Origin: Curvularia clavata
Lineage: Eukaryota
Assembly (NCBI GenBank): GCA_023920165.1
Contig: CP089279.1
Location: forward strand, 1,922,001-1,986,000
DNA: 64,000 bases
Direction: 5' to 3'
Below the pieces are notes generated by a model, which worked only from the letters and a program-made list of their open reading frames with translations, ran no database searches and was not told the origin of the DNA. Shown here piece by piece: positions 11,017 to 21,480 of this stretch (positions within the stretch are counted from its first letter, which is position 1; each line of letters begins with the position of its first letter). Position numbers and translations under genes: made by a program.

Positions 11017-12120
11017 GGCGCAAGCGCCTCACAGGATCAACTCAGGCGGCGTTCAAAAGAACGCAAAAACCAACCCTTCATCCAAGGGACGAGGATGCTT
11101 CCATCCGTACACAGGCACAAAAATGTCGACTTTCAACGTCAGCACATCTTCCCTGTCTTCCAACACGGTCCTCTCAGAAAGCGCTGGAAGGAAAGAAGAT
11201 GGGAGGAAAGCACAACGCTTGTTACCAATCAGCACATCATCCTCTCTGCTGCTCCCCCCAGCAACAGCCACAAACAACGAGTGCAAAGCATACAAAAAAA
11301 GTCCAGATGTGGGCCGGTGGGTTGAATGGGAGAGAAAGAGGAGTGGCGAATGAGCGAGCCATATCCAACATATTGCCGGATCGTATCCAGCACACATCGC
11401 TACCCCATTGCGTCCTTGAACTGCAACATCATGTACACCAAGAGGTCACCTGTGCGACACACCAAGCGGGCAAGCCACGGCGAGATGTGTTACGGCGGTG
11501 ATACAGCGTCGAGGTGTAGGAATGGAGAGTAAGGGAAACGGGAAGTAGGAGGGCTGAAAAGAGGATCGGGCGTAAGGGACCTCGGGAACAGACATACTCA
11601 AGGAGATATGCACAAACCTCATCATTTGATGGAAAGGCATCTGCAGACAACACACATGTAGTCCCGGGATACAAGGGGAAATACATGGAAGATTGGATAG
11701 TAGTTGTCTGCGGAGCTTCGCTGTCAAACTTCGCGATGAGGGGATATCAATCCAACGCGCAACCGCAAGAGAGAGCAGTGACGCAAGACAAATAAACACA
11801 AAGAAATACATATGGTCGGGTATATTGATGAAAAAGAACCAAAATGTGAAATCAAAAACACCGACACACGCAAGCGGAGAAGCAAGCTTCGTCAACGCAA
11901 AAAACGTGTGCCCAAACTCCTTCTCCAGAGAGCGTTTCCGCATCATCATGGAGAGGGTGAAAGAAAACTTCAAGCGCAAGGTTCGGTCTGAGCAATTACG
12001 GCTCATCGCAGGTCGGTCAAGTCGATAGTTGTCTAGTATGATGCCCAGCCTTTGAACCGGTTGACGCAGAAGGCAAGCCGAAAGGTCAGGTGGTCAAAGA
12101 CTGGGCTACTGTTGGTCGAC
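11017..12120 (-). other. Highly structured non-coding region (probable PRM1 3' UTR or separate ncRNA) with repeated CUUG-tetraloop hairpins
   Basis: 13-bp stem 12043-12055/12094-12106 (fully paired on the - strand with one G-U), nested stems 11643-11651/11703-11711 and 11655-11660/11682-11687, and five G-CUUG-C motifs. No credible protein. Confidence 0.5.
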
Positions 12121-12131
12121 AAATACGGATC

Positions 12132-14426
12132 TTAGATGAAAGGGTTATGCTGCTGCTTTTCCTGTGGATAGGGTGACGGCGCATATTGGTTTGAAAATGG
12201 AGCGATGCGGTCGTCAGCAGGCGAGGGATCAGCGAGCTGTCCATGGCTACTTGTGCGCAGGTGCCCTGGTCGCTCCGACTCGGTCACTGCACGCGCACCA
12301 ACACGACCGACCTTTTCTGTAGTAGGCTCAACGTGGCTGTCGTGGTCGAACGTTGAGAAAGGCCGGGGTGCGAGGGTATAGGGCGCTGCCTTGTTGACGT
12401 TGTAGTCATTGGGCACGTACTTGGGTGGTGCGGTGGCAAGATAGTCGGCAGCAAGTTTGGACTCATGGTCGAGGGCGGGGTTGACAACATAGGGATTGCG
12501 TCCTGTTTCTGAATCGCCATAACGGAAGAGATGGGTCGACGCATAGATGAGACCACCGATGGCGACAGCAAGCCAGATCAGAACTAGAGCGGTGGAAATG
12601 AGGGCTTCGGTTTGAATGCCACTCATGAGCTTGGCAATCACACGCTCTATTGATTCGGTGACTTCATCTTTTGCTTTGCCGCTAGGGTCAGCAAGAAGTT
12701 CGGAGGCCGAGCCTGAGCCGCCTTCGACGGCAAGAGCACCAAGAGAAAAGGTGTCGTTAGCAACGCCAGGGAACTGGACGTGCGCATGCTCTTGAACCCA
12801 GGTAAGGCCGTTTTGGAAGCTGGCAATCTTCAGCCCAATCAAGCAGTTGAGGACTTCCTTGATTGGGTCGTAGAGAACGGTGCCACCGAACGTATCGTTG
12901 AGCGTGGTGCTCATCTGATCGACGAATGCATTCAGAGTATCGTTGACTGCAGTCGTACTTGTGTTGACCCAGGAAAATATGTCGTCGTTCATCTTGCTAT
13001 CCAAGTTGCCAACGGCGCTGTTGACGCCGTTGGACCATGCCATGGATGCGTTGTTGAGCGAGGTGACAACTTTGCCAGCAAAATCAGCGACTTGGTTCGT
13101 AAGTTCTGGGGTTTTGTCTTCGATGGCCTTGAGCAAAAGGAATTGGCAGAAGCACGCGAAAAGGCCAGCGAGACCCAGAGAAAGCAGAAACAGCATGGGG
13201 ACGGAGGTGGCGTAGGCCCAGGCCCAGCGCATGACAGCTTGTCGTCGAGCTGAGCCAAAGCGCCTGCCGAACCAAAGGCCGATGCCGGAAGAGGTTGGGC
13301 GGGACGCAAGATAGACGACGTCCATGGCCTCGTGGCCCTCAGCGAAGAGGGCGGCACGCTCTTGCATCTTCCGGTAGCGGCGCATCTCCATCCAGGCCAT
13401 GGGGGCGCAAGCAAGGATAGCGGCAACGATGAGCACACCGAGAGCGATCTTCCGTGCATTGTAAGCCAACTCAATAAGATCGTCGAAAAAGTTGTTGATC
13501 GAGTTGCCCTCGGAACAGAAGGTGAGTGCCTCCTTCTGTGGCACGGGAAGAACGGAGCGGTTGAACTCGAATGTGTTCATGCCCTTGATCAACTTCTTGA
13601 CTTCCTCAAAAGGGGTGCGGATGATGTTGTCGGTAAAGTTCTGCACCTCTTGGAAAGTCGGGATGGACTGGTTAAGCTTCTTGAGGCCCTCTGCCATGTC
13701 GGGAGGCAGTTCGAGGCTCTTGAGTTCTTCGATCTGCTTGTCCAGGTTGATTGTCGGCTTGTTGAATCCCGGAATGTTGAAGTTGATCTTGTCCATGATG
13801 GAGTTGATGCCGTCGGAAACGGATTTGACAGCGTCTCCCATGTCGTCGGTGACGGAGTTGATGGTCTCGTTCAGTTTCTTGTTGACAGCTTCGCCGATTT
13901 CGACAGCGGCATGCAGACTGCCACTGACTGCGAGGGTGATGAGGCAGAGATAGGTGCTTGTCATCATGTGAATGACGAAGAGGACAATCTCTTCGACACC
14001 AGTGACGGTCATTTCAAGCATCGTCATGAGGCCACTGACTGCCTTTTCGACCCCGGAGGCCGTCATTTCGTTGAGACCAGCAGACATGTAGTGGGGCATC
14101 GAAGCCATGGAGCTGCCGATCTTCTCGACTTGGGTGCAAGCACTGAGGGCTTCCCGACGTGCGGAAACGAGGCTTGAGTCAGTGCTTGCAATGGCAATGA
14201 GCAGTCGCACAAGGACTAGCAGCAGCAAAATGGTCCAGCGGTTGATCCATATCTGGGAGAGCCTAGCTCGAAGGCCGAGGTATGGTTTGAAGTTTGGTGT
14301 TTGGTTTATTGTAGGTCGTGGTGCATCTTGCGGTGGGTAGTAGTCTCGCATCTCATGGCTATCGCCAGCGGACATTAATGGAGGCACAGATGGGAAGATT
14401 TGCTGTTGGTTCGCGGAGGAAGCCAT
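12132..14426 (-). CDS. PRM1: Plasma membrane fusion protein Prm1
   Basis: 764-aa ORF with the Prm1 signature PYLGLRARLSQIWINRWTILLLLVLVRLL, ACTQVEKIGSSMASMPHY, STYLCL, CLIGLKI, several TM segments and many N-glycosylation sequons. Confidence 0.95.
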   Translation of the reverse strand: MASSANQQQIFPSVPPLMSAGDSHEMRDYYPPQDAPRPTINQTPNFKPYLGLRARLSQIWINRWTILLLLVLVRLLIAIASTDSSLVSARREALSACTQVEKIGSSMASMPHYMSAGLNEMTASGVEKAVSGLMTMLEMTVTGVEEIVLFVIHMMTSTYLCLITLAVSGSLHAAVEIGEAVNKKLNETINSVTDDMGDAVKSVSDGINSIMDKINFNIPGFNKPTINLDKQIEELKSLELPPDMAEGLKKLNQSIPTFQEVQNFTDNIIRTPFEEVKKLIKGMNTFEFNRSVLPVPQKEALTFCSEGNSINNFFDDLIELAYNARKIALGVLIVAAILACAPMAWMEMRRYRKMQERAALFAEGHEAMDVVYLASRPTSSGIGLWFGRRFGSARRQAVMRWAWAYATSVPMLFLLSLGLAGLFACFCQFLLLKAIEDKTPELTNQVADFAGKVVTSLNNASMAWSNGVNSAVGNLDSKMNDDIFSWVNTSTTAVNDTLNAFVDQMSTTLNDTFGGTVLYDPIKEVLNCLIGLKIASFQNGLTWVQEHAHVQFPGVANDTFSLGALAVEGGSGSASELLADPSGKAKDEVTESIERVIAKLMSGIQTEALISTALVLIWLAVAIGGLIYASTHLFRYGDSETGRNPYVVNPALDHESKLAADYLATAPPKYVPNDYNVNKAAPYTLAPRPFSTFDHDSHVEPTTEKVGRVGARAVTESERPGHLRTSSHGQLADPSPADDRIAPFSNQYAPSPYPQEKQQHNPFI

Positions 14427-17400
14427 AGCGAACGGGTATGGCTGCGAAACCTAGGTCTGGTTGGTGTATTAGAATCGGAAAGAAGCTTGTGTGGCTGGTG
14501 GAGTTGAAGTGTCGTGGTGTCAAGGACAAGACAAGAGCACCGTAGCAGATGTAGGCCGGCTAGATCTGTGTGGTATCTACGGCGGCGAGTAGTGGAGTGG
14601 GGATAGAATTAAGAGGAGGTAGAACAATGCAAGACAATAGGAAACAATAGGAAAAAGCCCAACGCTCCGCACAATGCAATAAAGGAAACTGGACGTGAAA
14701 GCAAGACTGGGAGTGAATGCAGGACAGACAGGGAAGCGACGGAGCGAGTGAATATCTACTTGACAACGTACCGCGAGTGAGCGAGGACCATCTGCAGGCC
14801 GCCGACCGGGTACCAATGGTACCGCGAGAAGAGGCCTGCACGACCCGATGGTTTCAGCAGAGCATTCGGGTTGCTGAGGCTCAAGTTAGAAGCGGCGATT
14901 CTGGGGCAAGGTGGTGGCCCGAATAGGCGCCCGCAGAAGTGGAGCAAGCCACTGCCGGCCAGTCGATTGCGAATGTCGTGGCCGGGCTGGCGACGGCTCG
15001 AAACAGGGCGCTAGAACAAAGTGGATTGGCAGCGCCTGTGGGAGTGAGCTGTCGGCGTCTCGAGTGGCTGTCGTGAGTTGTCGTCGCGGGTGTTTGTCGT
15101 CGTTTGCTCCACGGCTTGCGCTCCTGGACCTGCGCACCGTGGCCGAGACCAGCAAGAGACAGGCGGGTCTCGTGACGTGCACGGCGGGGTGCGCAGAGTG
15201 AGGATGGGGTCGAGCGCAAGGGACCACGACCTCTGGACGGCGGTGGTGCACAGAGGAGGTGCTCAAAGAATGCCAGACATGGGCGACGCGGCCGTTTTGT
15301 TCTGATGGCCACATGCCTGCGACGCTGTGGCGCACCGGCGCGCTGCCCTGTTTTCCGCACTCTGTGGTTGGCAACACGTCATAGCACACCACACACATTC
15401 CTTTGCGCCTCTGGCTCTGTCTTTGCCTCTGCACACAGCATGCCATGCTGTTGTTGGTCCCACCCGGCCTCTGCGCAAGCCGAGCAGGCAAAAATAGCTC
15501 GAGCACCCGAGAGCCAGGCGCCTGCGTGACCGGGCGGTCAAGATTGCAGATGTTAGACGATGCTTCTGCGTCCTTTCTACAATCATGCGTGGCTGCGGCG
15601 TAGCGCTCGTGTGGGGAAGCCACGGCCCCGTGCGCGGCCGCCAGTCGCTCCTGCCCAATCAACGCCCTGGCAGGTCTAGAGCCTCAAACACGGCGTTGCT
15701 ATGGTTCCGACCTCATCTCTTGGTCATGTCGTGCTACATCTGGACACGAATGTGCACCCATGGCCATATATTCTAGTCCTGTCCGCTTGTCTGCCAGAGT
15801 CTACGGCCTCTGTTGTCTATCGCGTCTTTGCCATGGCCATGTTTAGCAGGTCCTGTCGTGTCATTGACTAACTACATGCAAAGAATCCTCGCTGCAAAGT
15901 CAAGTCTCGTTCCGTCTTTGCTATACCTGAACACCTCCCTGATACAGAGCCAATCTTATGCTTGGGCTTTGATTTCTGGAGTGTGTAGACAACACTCGCC
16001 GTCTGTTTCCACTGCCCCTTATCTTATCAATACACACACCCAAGTCGTCGCTGCCTTCCAGAGAGGCCTTGTTGGCAGTCACTCGCTGCAGCAGGCACGG
16101 TGCTGTGTCGTGACTGCTCTTTGTGCCATTTCCTCCCAGCAAAACTCACAATGTTTCCTCGTCAGCCTCTTCGTCCCTTCGCCCTAAACCCTGTCATCAA
16201 GACGCATCCTCTCTCCAGTCTCTTATCTTCATCTCATCCTCTCGCCACTCCGGGGCGCTTGCCTGCCCTTTCATTTCCTTTTCTCGATGCCGTAAGGTAA
16301 ACGCAGCCTCTGCGGTTGTACAAACGCCCTCTTCTAGCCTGTTCTGGGGCATCGCGGTGGCGATACCCCCACACGTCATCTTCATCTTCATCACGCACTT
16401 CCAAATACGGAGTAGCGCCCGCAATATCAAGTCCTTTCCGCACGTCGCCTAATATTACTTACACGCCTTCTCCTACGCTGCCTACACTCAACTCCTCTCA
16501 TTCACAACTTCCCCGCATTCCGCCCGCAATCACCTCGTTTTTTTCAGTCACTTTCTGCCTCAAGACGTCTAGAAAAAGCTCATTGTTGCGCCTGCAATTC
16601 TCCCTTTGCCCACGTGCACCGTTGTCGTTGCCGGTTATCGCCCACTAGTCTGACCACTCGTCGATCAGGCGGTCGCGCATCTAGGCCTTGTCGCCGCTAT
16701 TATAGTCTCGTATTGAAGACATACTACTCTGTAACCATACCGAGGGTAGGTATTACTTTGCTTTACGGCGTTGCTTTACAACTTTGCTCTGTGGATCAAA
16801 GCTCCCAAACTCCCAAACCCCTAAACCCCTCAAAAAAACGCTGCCACCAGGCTGCGGTCAAGCTCATTAGAGGAATTGGATTGGTATCAACCTTTTTCTT
16901 CCTTTGTATATCAACGGCATTGGCCCAGTTGTGCAAAAAGGTCTTCTGGTAAGTTCTTCTAGTCTATACTCCAGACCTTTGCCAGCTGATTGCCCAGAAG
17001 CAGCTCATTCTCGAATCACAAGTACTTGACTAGAGTCACTCGTGCATTTGATTGCCTTCTTCCACAACCCGCGTACTCTCCGCCTCCCCAAGGCCTGGAA
17101 TCTCAGGTAGGTGAACAAGATAGCATCGCAGCTTATCAAGACCCTTTCGCCTAGCCGGAGGCGGTGACGAGTCGAGTCGTTGCTTATTGATTGGCTCGGT
17201 AGTTGGTTCAAATCAGGCATCACATGTCCGAGCAGTGCATACACGTCGCTTGCAGCCTGGCAGGCGGTGATACATTGGCTGCGTTTGCAACTCAAGGCTA
17301 CTTAACAAAAGCTGATTACATGTGATAGACAGTTCCATTGTGGATATTGCACAGTCAATATCTCTCACCGCTGAACGATTCCCCGGTACCGGATCGCTAA

Positions 17401-17596
17401 CGTATTGGTGCCTTACAGGTTGACTTATCAACACTCACTGTTTCTTAACACACTCAACACGTACGCTATACTCAGCAACTACATACATCGGGGTGGTTTG
17501 GAAACACGTCTTGACACAATTCCATAATTGACAGAGCTTGAATTTGGATTCCCCTCTTCCTCTCCCGGAACTCAGTATCATCGTCAATCAACTGAG

Positions 17597-18619
17597 ATGT
17601 CAAGTTCAGCCAAGAGTACGAGTGGCGAGAAGGCACCTGAAAAACTCAGCCATCTGGATCTCTCCTTGGACAAGGGTTTGGCCACATCGCCACCATTCAA
17701 GGGCAGCGGTGCTACCTTTCATGGTAATAAGGGTTGGAATACCCACGCCAGTCGCGATGATGCGGGTACTTGCAGCAGTCCTGTCGGCCCAGAGAGTCTC
17801 GATTTCAGCAGCCTGATCATTACCAACGAAGATGATCTTCCCCAGATTGGAAGCGTGGAGCGCTACATCCATCCTTTCCAGCGCGGTCCCACACAGCTTG
17901 GTGAAGGCCAGTCATACGCCGCCCCTGGACGGAATTTCGTCAGTCATCAACGACAAGAATCTTCATACTCTGACAAACGTGGCTCTGGAATCTCTCGCGC
18001 CCCGACGACATGGCTGTCACGCGATGCTCAGATTAACCAAGATTTTCTGCTGATCCGAAATTCAATGCGCCGTCTTTTCAAGAACTCCGAAGTCGCCAAG
18101 TGGAAGCTCAGTGATTACGTTGCACACCGAGAAGCGATGAACAAATCACGAACCAAGATCCTCGCACGTCAAGCTCGTCAGCAAGGTGCCCCCAGCTATT
18201 CTGTATTTATTTCTGAGGCTGCCGAGGCCTTTCTCCGCCGTTGCGGTCTGAATGGCAACTTCAAGGAAGTCGGAAACTTTGGTCGTGTTCTTGGGGAACC
18301 AACCATCTGGTGCAGGGATTGGCAGAACGGAAAGGACGAGGTTACGCCCTGGCCTTCAGTCGCCGAGATGAGGTGGGAAGGGGATGACCGTGCTAAGACA
18401 GGCGTTGGTCGCTTCCTCCCTCTACCCCGTGAAGAAGGTCCTCCAGGTCTCACGTGGAGCCAGCTTCCTGTCGTCGAGCAGTACCCTATGGACGAGGTCT
18501 GTAAGATTCCGACAATGGAGGACGTCTATCTCCCCGTCGACTACTACATTGAGCCCGAATACGAATACCTTTGGAGCAAGGAACTGGAGTACGACATGGA
18601 AGACCTTTTGGCTTCCTAA
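17597..18619 (+). CDS. Hypothetical protein (340 aa) with a conserved-looking C-terminal domain
   Basis: First in-frame ATG of the 363-codon ORF is at 17597. A low-complexity N-terminus is followed by a W/P/G-rich block PTIWCRDWQNGKDEVTPWPSVAEMRWEGDDRAKTGVGRFLPLPR. No family recognised. Confidence 0.75.
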   Translation: MSSSAKSTSGEKAPEKLSHLDLSLDKGLATSPPFKGSGATFHGNKGWNTHASRDDAGTCSSPVGPESLDFSSLIITNEDDLPQIGSVERYIHPFQRGPTQLGEGQSYAAPGRNFVSHQRQESSYSDKRGSGISRAPTTWLSRDAQINQDFLLIRNSMRRLFKNSEVAKWKLSDYVAHREAMNKSRTKILARQARQQGAPSYSVFISEAAEAFLRRCGLNGNFKEVGNFGRVLGEPTIWCRDWQNGKDEVTPWPSVAEMRWEGDDRAKTGVGRFLPLPREEGPPGLTWSQLPVVEQYPMDEVCKIPTMEDVYLPVDYYIEPEYEYLWSKELEYDMEDLLAS

Positions 18620-20681
18620 TCACACTGGAACCTTTCAAGGACTTCATTTGCTACGGTTATTTGCATCTATCCTCGAATTCTCCGTGTATCAGGCCCAGAC
18701 CCTTCCGCCTCGACGACGATTCCGGTTGCACATCGATTTAGCTCGTGTTCACGTTCCCATGTGATCACTAGTTACGACGACAGTCACCGACCCACTTACG
18801 CTTAGCTCGATGGACTTCTTGGACGACTTCCAGAAAGCGAACGCGTTGTATTATAACTGTTTGGCCTTATACCTTCCTGGAAGCTTTGTGCGTCTTTTGC
18901 TCTTGCGACATGGCCTTGTTTTCTTGCGATACGACCTTTAAATATCACGACGATTTCTTCTCCTCCTTGAAGACGCATCCCGTTACAATATGCTACAGCA
19001 CATCGATGGGTGATGCGGCCATCTCGGACTTCTTGATTCGAAATACCTCACAGCACTACACGTTGATGGGATTCAGCACTACTCCTCCTAGCTTGGATCA
19101 ATCAGAACCTATCACTGGTGGCTCGTTAAGAAGGTAGTTTTTCTTTGACTGGAATATTTGCGCCAGTTTTCTTGATTAGCGGAAGAAAGGGAGCCTATCG
19201 ACTGGTGGTGAAAGCAGATGGTGTTTTCTTTTTTTCGGATTCCTAGCGTTGGCATGCTCGCGGATTTTCAGATACCCTAATTACATTCCCTCGAAATAAA
19301 AACTTGCTTTCCTTGATGTTCGAATGGCCGTGCAATACCGAACCTGGATCCCGTGCTTGGAAGTTTCGGTTCGAGATAGCTATTCTTGGACAACCAAAGC
19401 TCGTTTTCAATCTCCCGATCTTCTTCTTTTCACCGCATTCATCTTTCTGTTGAAACCTTTACTCCTTTAAAAACTCCATACACCTGAAACAGCGCTCTTA
19501 ACCCAGTCCCTCACCATACGAAGCGCTTGGTTTCGTGGTTGGTATAGAAGGGATCTTTCGCAGTCTGCGCTACCCAAACGCCCAACTCCTGTGGTTGCAT
19601 CGTTCGACGGTACGAACAACTGTCATACAGGGATTTGGTGGTGAGACCCGAGGTGCTCTTTCCCCTACACACCCTTGTCGGGTCGGCGCCAGCTCTTACA
19701 GTCGGATCATCGGTGGTGAACTCGCGGTATGAGCCTCGCGCCTCGCTTCTCCCAAGTCTTTCCATCCCCAAAGTGACTGCCTGCATCTTGCAAGACGGTG
19801 TTTTCGCCATTTCGTACAAACTCCTGACCGTCCTTCCCTATCTGCTACGCTATGTCCCTGAGGGCACAGTGATGATGACAACAGCAGTGGACAATGCAGC
19901 GGCTTTTGGATCAGACATGTTGTTGGTGTGTTGATTAATCTTGTGTAGGGCCAGTTACTTTGGAGGACTGTATTTTCAATAACAAAGGCGGTGAGGGCGG
20001 TGTCCTCCAACAACACAGTACAAGGAGTACCTTGCAAAGAGAGAGTCAGAGAGAAAGAGTCAAAAGGTTTCAGCGGTGAACAAGTGACGAAATATGCAGA
20101 GAGAGAGAGAGAGCGCCTCCAAATATATTGACGTCGAACCCTCCGAGACCGAAGCTCGCCGAGTTTACGCAACTCCCGAAAATGACAAGATCACTAAATT
20201 ACCCAAAACAAGACATTTTAAAACAAGGTCCTTGTATCTCTAATCAACAGGAAAAGGGCCTGCATTTTTGCGGCGGCGCCACAAAAGAGTTATATTCTTC
20301 CTCATCGGGTGCCTTACCGCGAGGCCCCCATCATCCACACTAACGCAATGCGTTATACGACATCTTACTTTCCCCCTTTGCCAACGCATCAGCCGGGGTA
20401 GTTTTCTGGTCATTTGAGCAGGGTATAAAGGGAGAGATTGGAAATAGGAAAGAGGTAGAGAGGGAATTTGCCCACACATAGACAGTGACTATGACTGCAT
20501 TTGTGGGGATGTGTGTGTGAACATCAAGGCGCGCCATCTGCACCGCTTATCTCGATCCCAACGGTCGCGCGCCTAATAACTCGTCCCATTCTCGCATCCT
20601 CTTTGTCCATTTCCCCATCTTGTCGCTCGTCTTGGTCGGAGAAAGAGACAAAGAGACACAGCATCGACGCAACGGCGCGCC

Positions 20682-21480
20682 TTACTTCCTCGGCGTCTGC
20701 ACGGGAGCGCCGTCCTTGAGATCCTTGGTCATGTGCAGGATACGGATAGTCTCGCCATTGGGGCACTTTACCGCGTCTTCTCTACCACTCCTTAGGTAGC
20801 CGCACCGCTCGTACAGCGCCACTCCGCTCAGCGTTGCGCCCATCTCCAGGCGCGAGAACCCACCCGTCACGCCCCGTACCCCCTGTCGCGCGCGCTGCTC
20901 GCAGTATCGCATCATCATGGTGCCAAGACCCTGGCGCGCATACAACGGCGACGTGAAGATGGCGCGGATACTCGCGCGGTCAACGGCAGGATCTCGCTTC
21001 TCGGGCATGCGCAATGGCGACGGTGCAGAGTCCCCGCCATACAGTGTCTTGCGATATGACCATCCGCCACAGGCACAGATTTTGTCGGGTTGCGACACTG
21101 GGTGCAGGATGAAGTACGTCCTGCACGTTTTTTTGATTCCTTGATCAGTATTGAAGAGGATGCGTGGTGAGCGGGGGGTTACATAGAATCTGACAGGGGG
21201 ATGGATGGTTGGATGGATGGATGGTTGGATGGATGGATGGGATGACGATAATGATGATGGAACGCCTTACTTACTGATCGTGGATCAAGACTGAATCGGG
21301 GCCGAAGAGGTAACCTATTGAACCATCGAGCTCGGCTTGTGTATAGTATCCTTTTCCCAGTGCGCGGAGTGAATCGCCAATCATTTGCTGTAGGGCTGGT
21401 ATGTCGGCGGGTGTGGCCGCGCGAAAAGCGAAGTTGTGGCTTGCTTCTTGAGCTTTTGCCGAGGTGATGGGGTCGTGCAT
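20682..21480 (-). CDS. GNAT family N-acetyltransferase
   Basis: Intron 21121-21274 (GTAAGT..ACTGAT..CAG) joins FRAATPADIPAL... to ACGGWSYRKTLYGGD...IRAIFTSPLYARQGLG (acetyl-CoA motif A)...ATLSGVALYERCGY (motif B). Confidence 0.88.
21199..21240. repeat. (GGAT)n/(GGTT) tetranucleotide microsatellite inside the GNAT intron
   Basis: ggatggatggttggatggatggatggttggatggatggatgg read directly. Confidence 0.95.

Noticed and set aside
11446..12006. 186-aa ORF downstream of PRM1
   Set aside because: The F/L-rich translation reflects U-rich sequence. No motifs, and better explained as a structured UTR.
10620..12130. Telomerase RNA, RNase P/MRP, SRP or snoRNA identity for the structured region
   Set aside because: No TAACCCTAA-type template on either strand and no recognisable P4 or SRP consensus. 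A box C-like ATGATGA near 11625 (-) has no suitably placed CTGA.
14881..15662. Overlapping 130-258 aa ORFs upstream of PRM1
   Set aside because: GC-rich promoter DNA with Arg/Ala/Cys-biased translations in several frames and no domain.
17107..17418. Intronic C/D snoRNA in the long leader
   Set aside because: Only a degenerate C box (GTGACGA) and a CTGA that doubles as a branch point. No terminal stem or rRNA guide recognised.
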